A stretch of DNA of 64,000 bases from an uncultured Solirubrobacterales bacterium (GTDB taxonomy: Bacteria > Actinomycetota > Thermoleophilia > Solirubrobacterales > Solirubrobacteraceae). This document shows, piece by piece, positions 18,853-28,517 of this stretch. The stretch covers positions 42,711 through 106,710 of the forward strand of contig CAWANN010000015.1 of the NCBI GenBank assembly GCA_963783415.1. The letters run 5' to 3'. Made by a program: the position numbers and the translations under genes. How positions within the stretch are numbered: the stretch's first letter is position 1; every line of letters starts with the position of its first letter. A model generated the notes under the pieces. The model was not told the DNA's origin, did no database searches, and was given only the letters and a program-made list of their open reading frames with translations.

Positions 18853-19428
18853 ATGCCTGACATGCAATCTCCCCCCCGTCGCCAACCCGAGCACCTCAGC
18901 AGCGCCAGGCTATTTGTGGGCGACGCGGAAATTGCGTTTCGGCTGCTGAACGAGGCGCGCTACCGCATCATGACCCGGGTGTTCGGAATGCCCAGGGAGC
19001 ACTCGAACCTCATGACGCTGTTCGTAGTCGCGGCGTCCGTTCGAGCGCTCCGCCGCGCCGCCGCGGCGCCAGGGACCCAGGTGCGCAAAGCCCGATCCAG
19101 CCCGACCGCCGTCGGCGACACGATGATCGGAGTCTCCGTGGCGAAGGAGACGGTGAACGGCATCGCGGGACGTCCGGCTCGGGACATGCCGTTCGCCGCC
19201 GCGCTGATCGCGCTCGCGATGACGGTCTACGCATTGCGCGCCGGAATTAAGCGGTTGCTCCACGAGGTGAGGCCGTTGTTCCGCCACGTCGTAGCCGTGG
19301 AGCACAGAGTGCGGGCCGTGATGCGTCGCTGGGGGATCTCACCGTCAGACAGCGACGCGTCGCCAGGGGCGAACACCCCCGCCGTCGGCGAGGACCGCGC
19401 GCACGCAGGCGCTGTCGCTTCGGGCTGA
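18853..19428 (+). CDS. Hypothetical protein (possibly membrane-associated)
   Basis: 191-codon ORF with hydrophobic segments; TATGCT at 18813-18818; no family recognised. Confidence 0.6.
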   Translation: MPDMQSPPRRQPEHLSSARLFVGDAEIAFRLLNEARYRIMTRVFGMPREHSNLMTLFVVAASVRALRRAAAAPGTQVRKARSSPTAVGDTMIGVSVAKETVNGIAGRPARDMPFAAALIALAMTVYALRAGIKRLLHEVRPLFRHVVAVEHRVRAVMRRWGISPSDSDASPGANTPAVGEDRAHAGAVASG

Positions 19429-19649
19429 GGCTGTCGCAAAATAATCGGCATGAGCTAGTCACAAACCGACGCCGAGCGGGCTCGGCGTCAGCTAATGAAC
19501 CGAGAAAGCGGCTCGAGAAAACGTCCCGTCGTCAGGTCGCTTTCTCGAGCCGGTCCCTCCCTAAACCCATCGTTGCTCGTCCAGCTCCTCCGCCCGTTGT
19601 GAGCTCGCCACAACAATGCGCTGGCCGAGCCTATTTGTGCGACAGCGTC
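19427..19649. mobile_element. MITE-like/IS remnant with 15-bp imperfect terminal inverted repeats
   Basis: Left GAGGCTGTCGCAAAA, right (reverse complement) GACGCTGTCGCACAA, 13/15 identical; internal hairpin GACGCCGAG-CGGG-CTCGGCGTC at 19468-19489; no transposase. Confidence 0.5.
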
Positions 19650-20130
19650 CCGGGCGGCACGTTGCGCCGCCACCCATGATGGATGAGAATCCTTGGTGCC
19701 GCCGGGCCCAGGCCGGCGAGGCTTGGTGCGGTAGTTAGAGCCCGTGCGACAGCGTGGCCCAGGACCCTGTGGAACCGTCGATTGCTGCCATGAGCGCGAA
19801 GGCCAGACTCATCTCTGGGAGGCTCCTCTCGGCGGCACACACCGCCCCCTCGACCCGGGAGTCCGCGGACCCAAGCTGACAATCGAGCGCGCTCACCCGG
19901 GTCCCGCTGACGCTGGGCTCGTCTTCGCGCGCACCGTCCCGGTTGACTACACGCGGGGATTCACAGTCCAGCCTCGGCTACTTGCGGCAGTCTCGACGCG
20001 GGTCACCGGAGCCGGCGAGACTGCTCGTACGGAACGCCAACAGCCACGCTGACCGACACGGCCAGAGCTGCCCCTCCGTCCCGGCGATACCGCACTCCTG
20101 CGGCGCCGACATGGGCGACCGGCCGACGAG

Positions 20131-20373
20131 TTGGGCTGGTGGCGGCAGCGGAACGCGCTCATCGTGTCGATGCTCGCCTACGCGGGGCTGCGACCGGTCG
20201 AGGACCGCGGCTCAACCTGGGAGGATCTACACGCCCGCACGCTGCACGTCGTCGCGTCCAAAACGGGCGGCCCCGCGATGTCGACCTGCTCGCCCCGCTC
20301 GCAGAAGACCTCGCCGATTGGCGACGCACAGGAGACGCAGGGTCTCGGACCGGTCGATCGGCGAGCGAGCTGA
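20131..20373 (+). pseudogene. Tyrosine recombinase/integrase fragment
   Basis: ALIVSMLAYAGLRP.E...TWEDL...TLHV.ASKTG (catalytic R and K region), continuing in another frame as VDLLAPLAEDLADWRR; no box II. Confidence 0.65.
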
Positions 20374-20393
20374 ATCCGCTGCACATGCGGCTA

Positions 20394-20466
20394 TGGGCGA
20401 TGCTGGGCTCGAACCAGCGACCTCCGCCTTGTCGAGACGGCGCTCTCCCAGCTGAGCTAATCGCCC
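20394..20466 (-). tRNA. tRNA-Val(GAC), CCA not encoded
   Basis: GGGCGAT-TA-GCTC-AGCTGGGA-GAGC-G-CCGTC-TCGACAA-GGCGG-AGGTC-GCTGG-TTCGAGC-CCAGC-ATCGCCC-A cloverleaf. Confidence 0.95.
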
Positions 20467-20566
20467 GGGAAGAGCTAAATGTACCTGGGTCCCCCGCGGC
20501 TCGTGGCCAAGTTCGCCTTCCGCGTCACTCGTGGCTGACAGGCCCTTCCTCACTAGCATCCCCGTT

Positions 20567-22480
20567 ATGGAGGTCGAGCTTCCCGACGGCAACAGACTGA
20601 CGCTCCCCGATGGCGCCACCGGGGCCGATGCCGCGGCCGCGATCGGCGCCGGCCTGGCGCGCGCGGCGCTCGCGGTCAAGGTCGACGGCGAGCTCCGCGA
20701 CCTGTCCCGCCCGCTGCCCGATAACCACGACGGCGGCCCGGCGAGGCTCGAGATTCTCACCGACCGCAGCGGCGACGAGGCGCTCGCCCTGATTCGCCAT
20801 GACGCCGCGCACGTGCTGGCAGCGGCCGTGCTGGATCTGTATCCCGGCGTCAAGATCTCGATCGGGCCGGCGATCGAGAACGGGTTCTACTACGACTTCG
20901 ATTTCCCGGAGGGTGTGTCGCTGTCCGAAGCCGACCTCGCGCCGATCGAGGCGAAGATGGGCGAGCACATCGCGGCTGACGAGACATTCGTGCGCGAGGA
21001 CGTCCCCGCGAGTGAAGCGCTCGACCGATTCTTGCGGGAAGCCCAGGATTACAAGGTCGAGCTGATCGAGGATCTGATCGAGAAGGACGGCGTCCCGACG
21101 GTTTCGCTGTACACGAACGGTCCGTTCACCGATCTGTGCCGCGGACCGCACGCACCGTCGACCAAGCGAATCAAGGCGTTCAAGCTCCAGTCGGTCGCCG
21201 GCGCGTACTGGCGCGGGGATTCGAACAAGCCGATGCTCACGCGAATCTACGGGACCGCGTTCTTCTCGGACAAGGACCTGCAGGAGTACCTTGAGCGACT
21301 CGAACAGGCGCGCGCCCGCGACCACCGCAAACTCGGCCCGCAACTCGGGCTGTTCAACTTCTCCGACGTCGCGCCCGGGATGGCGTTCTGGTTCCCCGCC
21401 GGGACGCAGGTGTTCAACTCGCTCGTGAGGCTCAGCCGCGAGATGGGCGACGTCCGCGGCTACACCGAGGTCAAGACCCCGCAGCTGTATGAGAGCTCAC
21501 TGTGGAAGACCTCGGGGCACTGGGACAAGTTCCGCGAGCACATGTTCCTCACCGAGTCCGCGGATGCGCCGATGGGGCTCAAGCCGATGAACTGCCCGGG
21601 CCACTGCCAGCTCTACTCGATGCAGCCTCACTCCTACCGGGACCTGCCGATCCGCTATTCCGAGCCGGGACTGCTGCACCGCAACGAGCTGAGCGGCGCG
21701 CTCCACGGGCTGCTGCGGACGCGGAACTTCGCCCAGGACGACGGCCATATCTTCTGCGCCGAGGACCAGGTACAGGACGAGCTCGAGGCGTGTCTCGACT
21801 TTGCGTTCGACACCTACGCGATCTTCGGTTTCGACGTTCGGCTCGAGCTCTCGACGCGACCTGACGAGCGGCTCGGATCCGACGAGGTGTGGGACCGCGC
21901 CGAGGGGCACCTGATCCAGGTGCTCGACCGCAAGGGCCTCGAGTACGACCTGAACCCTGGGGACGGCTCCTTCTACGGCCCCAAGATCGATCTGCACATG
22001 ACCGACTCACTGGGACGGTCGTGGCAGATCGGGACCGTGCAGCTCGACTACAACATGCCGGCGCGGTTCGGGCTCACGTACACGGGAGCCGACAACGCCG
22101 AGCATCAGCCCGCGCTGATCCATCGGGCTCTGATGGGGTCTTACGAGCGGTTCATCGCGATCCTGCTCGAGCACTACGGCGGCGAGCTGCCGGTGTGGCT
22201 CGCCCCCGTTCAGGCGATCGTGCTCCCGATCTCCGACCGGCACCTCGACTACGCCCGGGCCGTCGGCGACCAACTCCGAGCCGGCGGGGTGAGGGCCGAG
22301 GTCGACGAGCGCAGCGAATCGGTAGGGCGCAAGATTCGTGATGCCGAGCTACGCAAGATTCCGTACATGCTGGTTGTGGGCGACCGTGAACAGGAAGCTC
22401 AGCAGGTCGCGGTCCGCGAGCACCGGCGCGGGGACGAGGGATCGCTACCGGTTGAAGAGTTCATTGAGCGTCTGCGATAA
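20567..22480 (+). CDS. thrS: Threonine--tRNA ligase
   Basis: TGS domain, RHDAAHVLA, DLCRGPH, RDHRKLG, KPMNCPGH, FYGPKID; ATG 7 nt after TAGCAT. Confidence 0.98.
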   Translation: MEVELPDGNRLTLPDGATGADAAAAIGAGLARAALAVKVDGELRDLSRPLPDNHDGGPARLEILTDRSGDEALALIRHDAAHVLAAAVLDLYPGVKISIGPAIENGFYYDFDFPEGVSLSEADLAPIEAKMGEHIAADETFVREDVPASEALDRFLREAQDYKVELIEDLIEKDGVPTVSLYTNGPFTDLCRGPHAPSTKRIKAFKLQSVAGAYWRGDSNKPMLTRIYGTAFFSDKDLQEYLERLEQARARDHRKLGPQLGLFNFSDVAPGMAFWFPAGTQVFNSLVRLSREMGDVRGYTEVKTPQLYESSLWKTSGHWDKFREHMFLTESADAPMGLKPMNCPGHCQLYSMQPHSYRDLPIRYSEPGLLHRNELSGALHGLLRTRNFAQDDGHIFCAEDQVQDELEACLDFAFDTYAIFGFDVRLELSTRPDERLGSDEVWDRAEGHLIQVLDRKGLEYDLNPGDGSFYGPKIDLHMTDSLGRSWQIGTVQLDYNMPARFGLTYTGADNAEHQPALIHRALMGSYERFIAILLEHYGGELPVWLAPVQAIVLPISDRHLDYARAVGDQLRAGGVRAEVDERSESVGRKIRDAELRKIPYMLVVGDREQEAQQVAVREHRRGDEGSLPVEEFIERLR

Positions 22481-22495
22481 GCGGTCCAAACTCGC

Positions 22496-22522
22496 TTGAC
22501 TCCGCGGAACCGCCGCTATACT
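22496..22522 (+). promoter_or_regulatory. SigA-like promoter for infC
   Basis: TTGACT (22496-22501) and TATACT (22517-22522); the spacer is only 15 nt. Confidence 0.4.
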
Positions 22523-22594
22523 CGCGCTTGTTGATCCATGCGCAACATTCCATAGGGCCCGTCACCGCTTGACGCACGCCTCTCATCGCAGCTA

Positions 22595-23398
22595 GTGCCG
22601 GTCCCGCGAAAGTTCGACCGGCGCCCGCCCGAGCGGGACCAGACTCGGATCAACGATCGCATTCGTGTGCCCGAGGTACGCCTGATCGGCGCCGACGGCA
22701 CGCAGATCGGGATCGTGAAGACGCCCGAGGCGCTCGCGTACGCCCAGGACCGCGATCTGGACCTCGTCGAGGTCGCCCCCGAGGCGCGCCCGCCGGTGTG
22801 CCGCGTGCTCGACTACTCCAAATACAAGTACGAGCAGGCGCAGAAGCAGAAGGCGGCCCGCCGGCATCAGCAGCAGATCACGGTCCGCGAGATCAAGTTC
22901 CGGCCGAAGATCGCCCAGAACGACTACGACACGAAGAAGGGCCACGTGTCACGGTTCCTCAAGCACAAGGACAAGGTCAAGATCACGATCATGTTCCGCG
23001 GGCGCGAGGTCACCCACCCCGAGCGCGGTACCGCGCTCCTCGACCGCCTCGCGAGCGAGCTGTCGGAGATCGCGGTCGTCGAGCAGTCGCCGGTTCAGGA
23101 CGGCCGCAACATGACGATGCTGCTGGCGCCGTCAAAGGCGGTGCTGGCGGGGGAGAAGGACGGCAAGCAGGAGAAGTCCGTCGACGGCCGGCAGCCGAAG
23201 GACGAAGCGCAGCCCGAGGCGAATTCTGAGCAGGCCGCATCGAACGGAGAGCAGCCCGCCCCGAGCGGGGAGCAGCCCACTCCAAACGGGGAGCAGCCCG
23301 CCCCGAGTGGGGAGCAGCCCGCCCCGAACGGGGAGCAGCCCACCCCGGAGCCAGAGCAGCCCGAGCCCGTCGAGGCCGGACGCTCGAGCGCCGCCTGA
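22595..23398 (+). CDS. infC: Translation initiation factor IF-3 with acidic repeat tail
   Basis: [53 protein letters not shown]; start codon uncertain. Confidence 0.96.
   Translation: MPVPRKFDRRPPERDQTRINDRIRVPEVRLIGADGTQIGIVKTPEALAYAQDRDLDLVEVAPEARPPVCRVLDYSKYKYEQAQKQKAARRHQQQITVREIKFRPKIAQNDYDTKKGHVSRFLKHKDKVKITIMFRGREVTHPERGTALLDRLASELSEIAVVEQSPVQDGRNMTMLLAPSKAVLAGEKDGKQEKSVDGRQPKDEAQPEANSEQAASNGEQPAPSGEQPTPNGEQPAPSGEQPAPNGEQPTPEPEQPEPVEAGRSSAA
23243..23368 (+). repeat. 21-bp tandem repeat (5 copies plus 1 degenerate) in the infC tail
   Basis: Units encode (N/S)GEQP(A/T)P. Confidence 0.85.
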
Positions 23399-23509
23399 CG
23401 CCGCCTCCTGACGCCCCCGTTGTCACAGACGGCGGCTTTCTCGCAATAAGTAAGCACGGAGCTTTCCGAATCACAGGGGCGCGTTCACGGCGAGGACACG
23501 GGCGACGCT

Positions 23510-23558
23510 GCGGCGTAACGCCGGGGAGGAGACGGTCAGCCTCCCCGGCGCACGCCGC
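23510..23558 (+). other. Long GC-rich hairpin in the infC-rpmI intergenic region
   Basis: CGCCGGGGAGG (23519-23529) pairs with CCTCCCCGGCG (23540-23550); outer GCGGCG/CGCCGC extension. Confidence 0.55.
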
Positions 23559-23587
23559 GGCCGCTCTGCTTTACTAGACGCCTCGCG

Positions 23588-23800
23588 ATGCCGAAGATGA
23601 AGACGCATTCGGGCGCCAAGAAGCGCTTCAAGGTGACCGCCACCGGCAAGGTGCGCGGACGCCGGGCATTCTCGACCCACATCCTCGAGAAGAAGTCGCC
23701 CAAGCGGAAGCGCCGCCAGGCGAAGCCGTCGTGGATCAGCCCCCACGATGAGCCTCGGGTGAAGACGCTGCTCGGCGTCAAGCGGAGGGAGCGCGGATGA
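23588..23800 (+). CDS. rpmI: 50S ribosomal protein L35
   Basis: [21 protein letters not shown]. Confidence 0.97.
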   Translation: MPKMKTHSGAKKRFKVTATGKVRGRRAFSTHILEKKSPKRKRRQAKPSWISPHDEPRVKTLLGVKRRERG

Positions 23801-24159
23801 CGCGCGTCAAGCGTTCAGTACACGCGCGCAAGAAGCGCCGCGCGACGCTCGCGCTCACCAAGGGCTTCCGGGGCGATGCCAGCCGCCATTACCGGGTGGC
23901 CAAGGAGGCGCTGCTCAAGGCGGACCAGTACCGCTACCGCGACCGGCGCAACCGCAAGCGCGACTTCCGGCGCCTGTGGATCACCCGGATCAACGCCGCG
24001 GCGCGCCAGAACGATATGTCCTATTCGCAGTTCATCCACGGTCTCCAGCTCGCCGGCGTCGAGCTCGACCGCAAGATCCTCGCGGACATCGCAGTCCGCG
24101 ACGCCGAGACCTTCCGACGCTTTGCCGACCGCGCCCGCGAGGCGCTGGCGGCCGGCTGA
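23797..24159 (+). CDS. rplT: 50S ribosomal protein L20
   Basis: [42 protein letters not shown]. Confidence 0.98.
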   Translation: MTRVKRSVHARKKRRATLALTKGFRGDASRHYRVAKEALLKADQYRYRDRRNRKRDFRRLWITRINAAARQNDMSYSQFIHGLQLAGVELDRKILADIAVRDAETFRRFADRAREALAAG

Positions 24160-24191
24160 CGAGAAGCCGACCAAACCAGCACCGCCACCCG

Positions 24192-24222
24192 GGCGCCGCT
24201 CCTCCAGGACGGCGCCTTTTTT
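24192..24222 (+). terminator. Possible intrinsic terminator after rplT
   Basis: GGCGCCG...CGGCGCC stem followed by T6; ends 1 nt before the next ATG, so readthrough is likely. Confidence 0.4.
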
Positions 24223-24223
24223 G

Positions 24224-24958
24224 ATGATCACTAGCTCCCACAACCAGAAGCTCAAAGAAATACGGAAGCTGCGCCAGCGGCGTCGCTGGCGCGAGCGTGC
24301 CGGGCAGTTCGTGGCGGAAGGTGAGGATTTATTGAGTTCAGCGGACGCGAGCGGCTGGGTTGCCATCGAGCGATATGTGGCGGCGGGCAGCGGTCTTGAC
24401 GGCGTCGAGGTCGAGCCTTCCGTTCTGGCCAGCGCCTCGGGCCTGAGCTCCGGGACGCGGGCACTCGCGGTGTACGAGGAGCGGTGGGCGCCGGCGCCGG
24501 TCGGGCCACTGTGCGTGTACCTGCATGGCGTCCACGACCCGGGGAACGTCGGCGCGATCCTGCGCTCGGCGCAGGCGTTCGGGGCGTCTTGCGTCGCGAT
24601 CGGACCGGGGACTGCGGACCCGTACGGGCCGAAGGCCGTGCGCGCCAGTATGGGCGCGATCTTCGCGCTCCCGGTCTCGCGTGCCGACCCGAGTCAGCTC
24701 CCGGGCGCGAAGATCGCTCTCGTCCCCAACGCCGGTCGCCCCTTGGAGGTTCTTTGGCGCTCAAGCTACGTATTTGTTAGTTCCAACGCCATCGGGGCCA
24801 CGATCCTTGTCGGCTCCGAACGTGACGGGCTGCCGGAGGAGGTCGTTGCGCAAGCCGATCACGTAGCACACATCCCGATCCAAACCGACTCCCTCAACGC
24901 GGCGATGGCAGCCACGATCGCCCTGTACGAATTGAGCCGTAGGATGGCGCCGGAATGA
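24224..24958 (+). CDS. TrmH/SpoU family RNA methyltransferase
   Basis: MITSSHNQKLK, DPGNVGAILRSA, VRASMG, VGSERDGL, SLNAAMA; typical position upstream of pheS. Confidence 0.9.
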   Translation: MITSSHNQKLKEIRKLRQRRRWRERAGQFVAEGEDLLSSADASGWVAIERYVAAGSGLDGVEVEPSVLASASGLSSGTRALAVYEERWAPAPVGPLCVYLHGVHDPGNVGAILRSAQAFGASCVAIGPGTADPYGPKAVRASMGAIFALPVSRADPSQLPGAKIALVPNAGRPLEVLWRSSYVFVSSNAIGATILVGSERDGLPEEVVAQADHVAHIPIQTDSLNAAMAATIALYELSRRMAPE

Positions 24959-26028
24959 CCGACCGAATCGCGAACATCCGTGCGGAGGCCGAGGAGGCGA
25001 TCACCGCCGCCGCCGACAGCAACGCGCTCGAGAACGTGCGCATTCAGTACCTCGGCCGCAAGGCCGAGCTGCCGAACCTGCTGCGCGACGTCGCCTCCCT
25101 CCCGGCGCAAGAGCGCGCCGCCACCGGCAAGGCCGCGAACGAGGCACGCAAGGCGCTCGAGGTTGCGATCGAGCAGCGCGCCGAGCAACTTGCCGCGACG
25201 GAGCTCGAGTCACGGCTCGAGCGCGACCGCGTCGACATAACGCTCCCGGCGGATCCAGTCCCGGAGCTCGGCCGCCTGCATCTCATCACCCAAACCCGGC
25301 GCGAGATCGAGGACGTGTTCATCGGCCTCGGCTTCAACGTCGAAGAGGGGCCCGAAGTCGAGACCGTCTACTACAACTTCGACGCGCTCAACTTCGATTC
25401 GACGCACCCCTCGCGGCTCATGTCGGACACGTTCTACGTCGAGCCGGCGCCAGACATCTTCGATCCGCAAGCGGTGCTGCTGCGGGTGCACACCTCACCG
25501 ATGCAGGTCCGCGCGATGGAGCGCCAGCCGCCGCCGCTCTACATCATCGTCCCGGGCCGCACGTATCGCCCCGACAACGACGCCACCCACACGCCCCAGT
25601 TCCACCAGATCGAGGGGCTCGCGGTCGACACCGACATTACGCTCGGCGACCTCCAAGGGACACTGCTGGCGGTCGCACGCGCGATCTTCGGCGAGGAGCG
25701 CGAGGTCCGCCTGCGGCCCCACTTCTTCCCGTTCACCGAGCCGAGCGTCGAGGTCGATGTGTCGTGCTTTAACTGCACCGCCGGAGTCACCGCCGACGGT
25801 CAGCGGTGCCCGCTGTGCAAGGGCACGGCGTGGATCGAGATCCTAGGGTCCGGGATGGTCGACCCGAACGTGTTCGAGTACGTGCGCGACTACGGTTACG
25901 ACCCTGAGCGGATCCAGGGGTTCGCTTTCGGCATGGGGATCGAACGGATCGCGATGCTCAAACACGGCGTCCCCGACCTGCGCCTGCTGTATGACAACGA
26001 CGTCCGCTTCCTGGAGCAGTTCGGCTGA
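24955..26028 (+). CDS. pheS: Phenylalanine--tRNA ligase alpha subunit
   Basis: YNFDALN, LLRVHTSPMQ, HTPQFHQIEG, HFFPFTEPS, GFAFGMGIERIAM. Confidence 0.98.
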   Translation: MTDRIANIRAEAEEAITAAADSNALENVRIQYLGRKAELPNLLRDVASLPAQERAATGKAANEARKALEVAIEQRAEQLAATELESRLERDRVDITLPADPVPELGRLHLITQTRREIEDVFIGLGFNVEEGPEVETVYYNFDALNFDSTHPSRLMSDTFYVEPAPDIFDPQAVLLRVHTSPMQVRAMERQPPPLYIIVPGRTYRPDNDATHTPQFHQIEGLAVDTDITLGDLQGTLLAVARAIFGEEREVRLRPHFFPFTEPSVEVDVSCFNCTAGVTADGQRCPLCKGTAWIEILGSGMVDPNVFEYVRDYGYDPERIQGFAFGMGIERIAMLKHGVPDLRLLYDNDVRFLEQFG

Positions 26029-28517
26029 TGCGCGTCCCGCTCGAATGGTTGAACGAATACGTCGTGCCCGATCTCGACACGGCCGCGCTCGCCGAGCGCC
26101 TCGCGATGACCGGCACCGAGGTCGAGCGCATCGAGCGCCACGGCGTTGCCGCGCTCGAGAACTTTGTGATCGGCCGCGTGCTCGAGGCTGAGCAGCACCC
26201 CAACGCCGATCGTCTACGAGTCTGCGTCGTAGACATCGGAGACGGGACCCCGTCGCAGATCGTGTGCGGCGCCCCCAACGTCGCCGCGGGCCAGACGGTG
26301 GCGGTCGCCAAGCCCGGCGCGGTGATGCCCGACGGGACCAAGCTCGGCAAGGCAAAGCTTCGCGGCATCGAGTCCAACGGGATGATTCTCGCCGAGGACG
26401 AGGTCGCGATCGGCACCGAGCACGACGGCATCATGGTGCTCGCCTACACCAACGGGCTGGAGCCGGGTACGCCGCTCAAGGATGTCCTTCCGATCGCCAC
26501 CGACGTGCTCGTGCTCGAGATCACGCCGAACCGGCCGGACTGCCTCGCGATCTATGGAGTCGCGCGCGAGGTCCATGCCGCCACCGGAGCGCCACTCGAG
26601 CCGCCCCCGTGGCGAGACGACCCCGGCGAGCCGGGCGAGGTCGCCGGCGCGAAGGTCATCGTCGAGTGCCCCGACCTGTGCCCGCGGTTCACCGCGCGTC
26701 TATTCGAGGACGTCAAGCTCGGACCGAGCCCGCTGTGGCTGAAGGCGCGGCTGATGGCCGCCGGGCAGCGCCCGATCTCGAACGTGGTCGACATCACCAA
26801 CTACGTGATGTTGCTGACCGGCCAGCCGCTCCATGCGTTCGACCTCGACCGCGTCGAAGGCGCAACGCTCACAGTCCGCCTCGCGCACGACGGCGAGCAG
26901 GTCGAGACGCTCGACGGCCAGACGCGCACGCTCGACTCGGACATGATGCTGATCGAGGACGCGGCCGGACCGACGTCGATCGCCGGCGTGATGGGCGGGG
27001 CACGCTCAGAGGTTGGCGACGACACAACGCGCGTGCTGATGGAGGCCGCGAACTGGGACGGGGCAAACATCCATCAGACGTCGCTGAAGCTCGGCCTTCG
27101 GAGCGAGGCGTCGAGCCGGTTCGAGAAAGGGATCCAGCCTGAGCAGGCGATCGACGCGCAGGCCGTCTCGACCCGGCTGATGCTCGACCTGGCCGGCGCG
27201 AGACTCGTCCCCGGCACGATCGACGTCGGCGGCGAGGGGCCGCCGCCGAAGACGATCCGTCTGCGCGAGGCCCGGGTCGAGAGCGTGCTGGGGGCGCCAA
27301 TCTCGCGCGCCCGGTGCGCCGAGATCCTGAACGCGCTCGAGTTCACTACCGCCGACGCTGAAGACGGCCTCGACGTGACCGTTCCGGCGTTCCGGCGCAC
27401 GGATGTCACTCGGGAGGCCGATCTGATCGAGGAGGTCGCGCGGCTCGACGGGCTCGACAAACTCCCGGCGACTCTTCCCTCGCGCCATGGCGCGTCGGGC
27501 CTGCTGACGGCGCGGCAGCGGCTCCGCCGGCGCGCCGCGGACGCGCTCGCCGCTCAGGGGCTGAACGAAATAGTCGGCTGGAGCTTCGCCCACCCCGACC
27601 TCGCCGACCGGCTCCGCCTCGGCGCCCAGCACCCGCTCCGGCGCGCGGTCACGCTGGCCAACCCGCTCTCGACGGACCTGTCGGAGCTCCGCACGACGCT
27701 GCTTGGCTCGCTGCTCGATGTGACCCAGCACAACCGCGCCCGTGGCATCGGCATGGTGCGGTTGTTCGAGGCGGGCGCCGTGTACCTGCCGACCGAGCCG
27801 GGGAATGGGGGAGGGTCGGCGGCGCCTGACGGCGGCGCCTCGGGGCTTACGTCGGCGGCGCCTGGCGGCGGCGCCTTGCTCCCGCGCGAGCCCTATCACG
27901 TGGGCGCCCTGCTCACCGGGACCGTTCGTCCGCCGAGTTGGCGCGACGGTCACCCGCCGGCGGTCGACTTCTTCGCCGCCAAGGGAGTGCTCGCGGGGCT
28001 GCTGGACACTCTCCGCGTGGACTGGCGCGTCGAGCCGGCGCACCAGCCGTTCCTGCACCCGGGACGATCGGCCGGGATCCTCGTCGGCGGAGTCATCGTC
28101 GGCTGGCTCGGCGAGATCCATCCGCTGGTGGCGGCCGAGTGGGACCTGCGCGACAGCGTCGCCGGGTTCGAGCTGAACCTCGACGCGGTGCCCGAGCCGG
28201 CTACCACGCTGTACCGCGAGGTGAGCGGGTTCCCCGACGTGCGCGAGGACATCGCGGTCGTCGTCCCCGAGCACGTGACGGCGGCTCAGCTGCTCGCGCT
28301 CGTCCGTCACGCCGGCGGCCGTCTGCTGGCGGGGGCCGAGGTCTTCGACGTGTATCGCGATCCGGAGCGGATCGGCGAAGGCAACGTGTCGCTGGCGGTG
28401 CGGCTCACCTACCGGGCCGCCGACCGGACGCTGACCGATGAGGAAGTCGCCGAGCGCCGCGAGGCGATCTCGGAGGCGGTTACCGACCAGCTCGGCGGGA
28501 GGATCCGTGCCGCATAG
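26028..28517 (+). CDS. pheT: Phenylalanine--tRNA ligase beta subunit
   Basis: HPNADRL, IVCGAPN, ITPNRPDC, SEASSRFEKG, FDX-ACB C-terminus (TLTDEEV). Confidence 0.98.
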   Translation: MRVPLEWLNEYVVPDLDTAALAERLAMTGTEVERIERHGVAALENFVIGRVLEAEQHPNADRLRVCVVDIGDGTPSQIVCGAPNVAAGQTVAVAKPGAVMPDGTKLGKAKLRGIESNGMILAEDEVAIGTEHDGIMVLAYTNGLEPGTPLKDVLPIATDVLVLEITPNRPDCLAIYGVAREVHAATGAPLEPPPWRDDPGEPGEVAGAKVIVECPDLCPRFTARLFEDVKLGPSPLWLKARLMAAGQRPISNVVDITNYVMLLTGQPLHAFDLDRVEGATLTVRLAHDGEQVETLDGQTRTLDSDMMLIEDAAGPTSIAGVMGGARSEVGDDTTRVLMEAANWDGANIHQTSLKLGLRSEASSRFEKGIQPEQAIDAQAVSTRLMLDLAGARLVPGTIDVGGEGPPPKTIRLREARVESVLGAPISRARCAEILNALEFTTADAEDGLDVTVPAFRRTDVTREADLIEEVARLDGLDKLPATLPSRHGASGLLTARQRLRRRAADALAAQGLNEIVGWSFAHPDLADRLRLGAQHPLRRAVTLANPLSTDLSELRTTLLGSLLDVTQHNRARGIGMVRLFEAGAVYLPTEPGNGGGSAAPDGGASGLTSAAPGGGALLPREPYHVGALLTGTVRPPSWRDGHPPAVDFFAAKGVLAGLLDTLRVDWRVEPAHQPFLHPGRSAGILVGGVIVGWLGEIHPLVAAEWDLRDSVAGFELNLDAVPEPATTLYREVSGFPDVREDIAVVVPEHVTAAQLLALVRHAGGRLLAGAEVFDVYRDPERIGEGNVSLAVRLTYRAADRTLTDEEVAERREAISEAVTDQLGGRIRAA
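27815..27877 (+). repeat. Two in-frame copies (36-bp period) of a 27-bp REP-like element in pheT
   Basis: GTCGGCGGCGCCTGACGGCGGCGCCTC (27815-27841) and GTCGGCGGCGCCTGGCGGCGGCGCCTT (27851-27877). Confidence 0.8.

Noticed and set aside
19650-20130. Unexplained spacer with ORFs 19631-19882 and 19744-20052
   Set aside because: Nothing recognisable; probably degraded mobile-element DNA.
20467-20566. T-box leader for thrS
   Set aside because: The spacer is only 100 bp, no T-box consensus is visible, and the layout looks leaderless.
22556-22594. In-frame upstream extension of infC or a non-canonical start
   Set aside because: Bounded by an in-frame TAG at 22553 with no usable start codon; the true start cannot be fixed from sequence alone.
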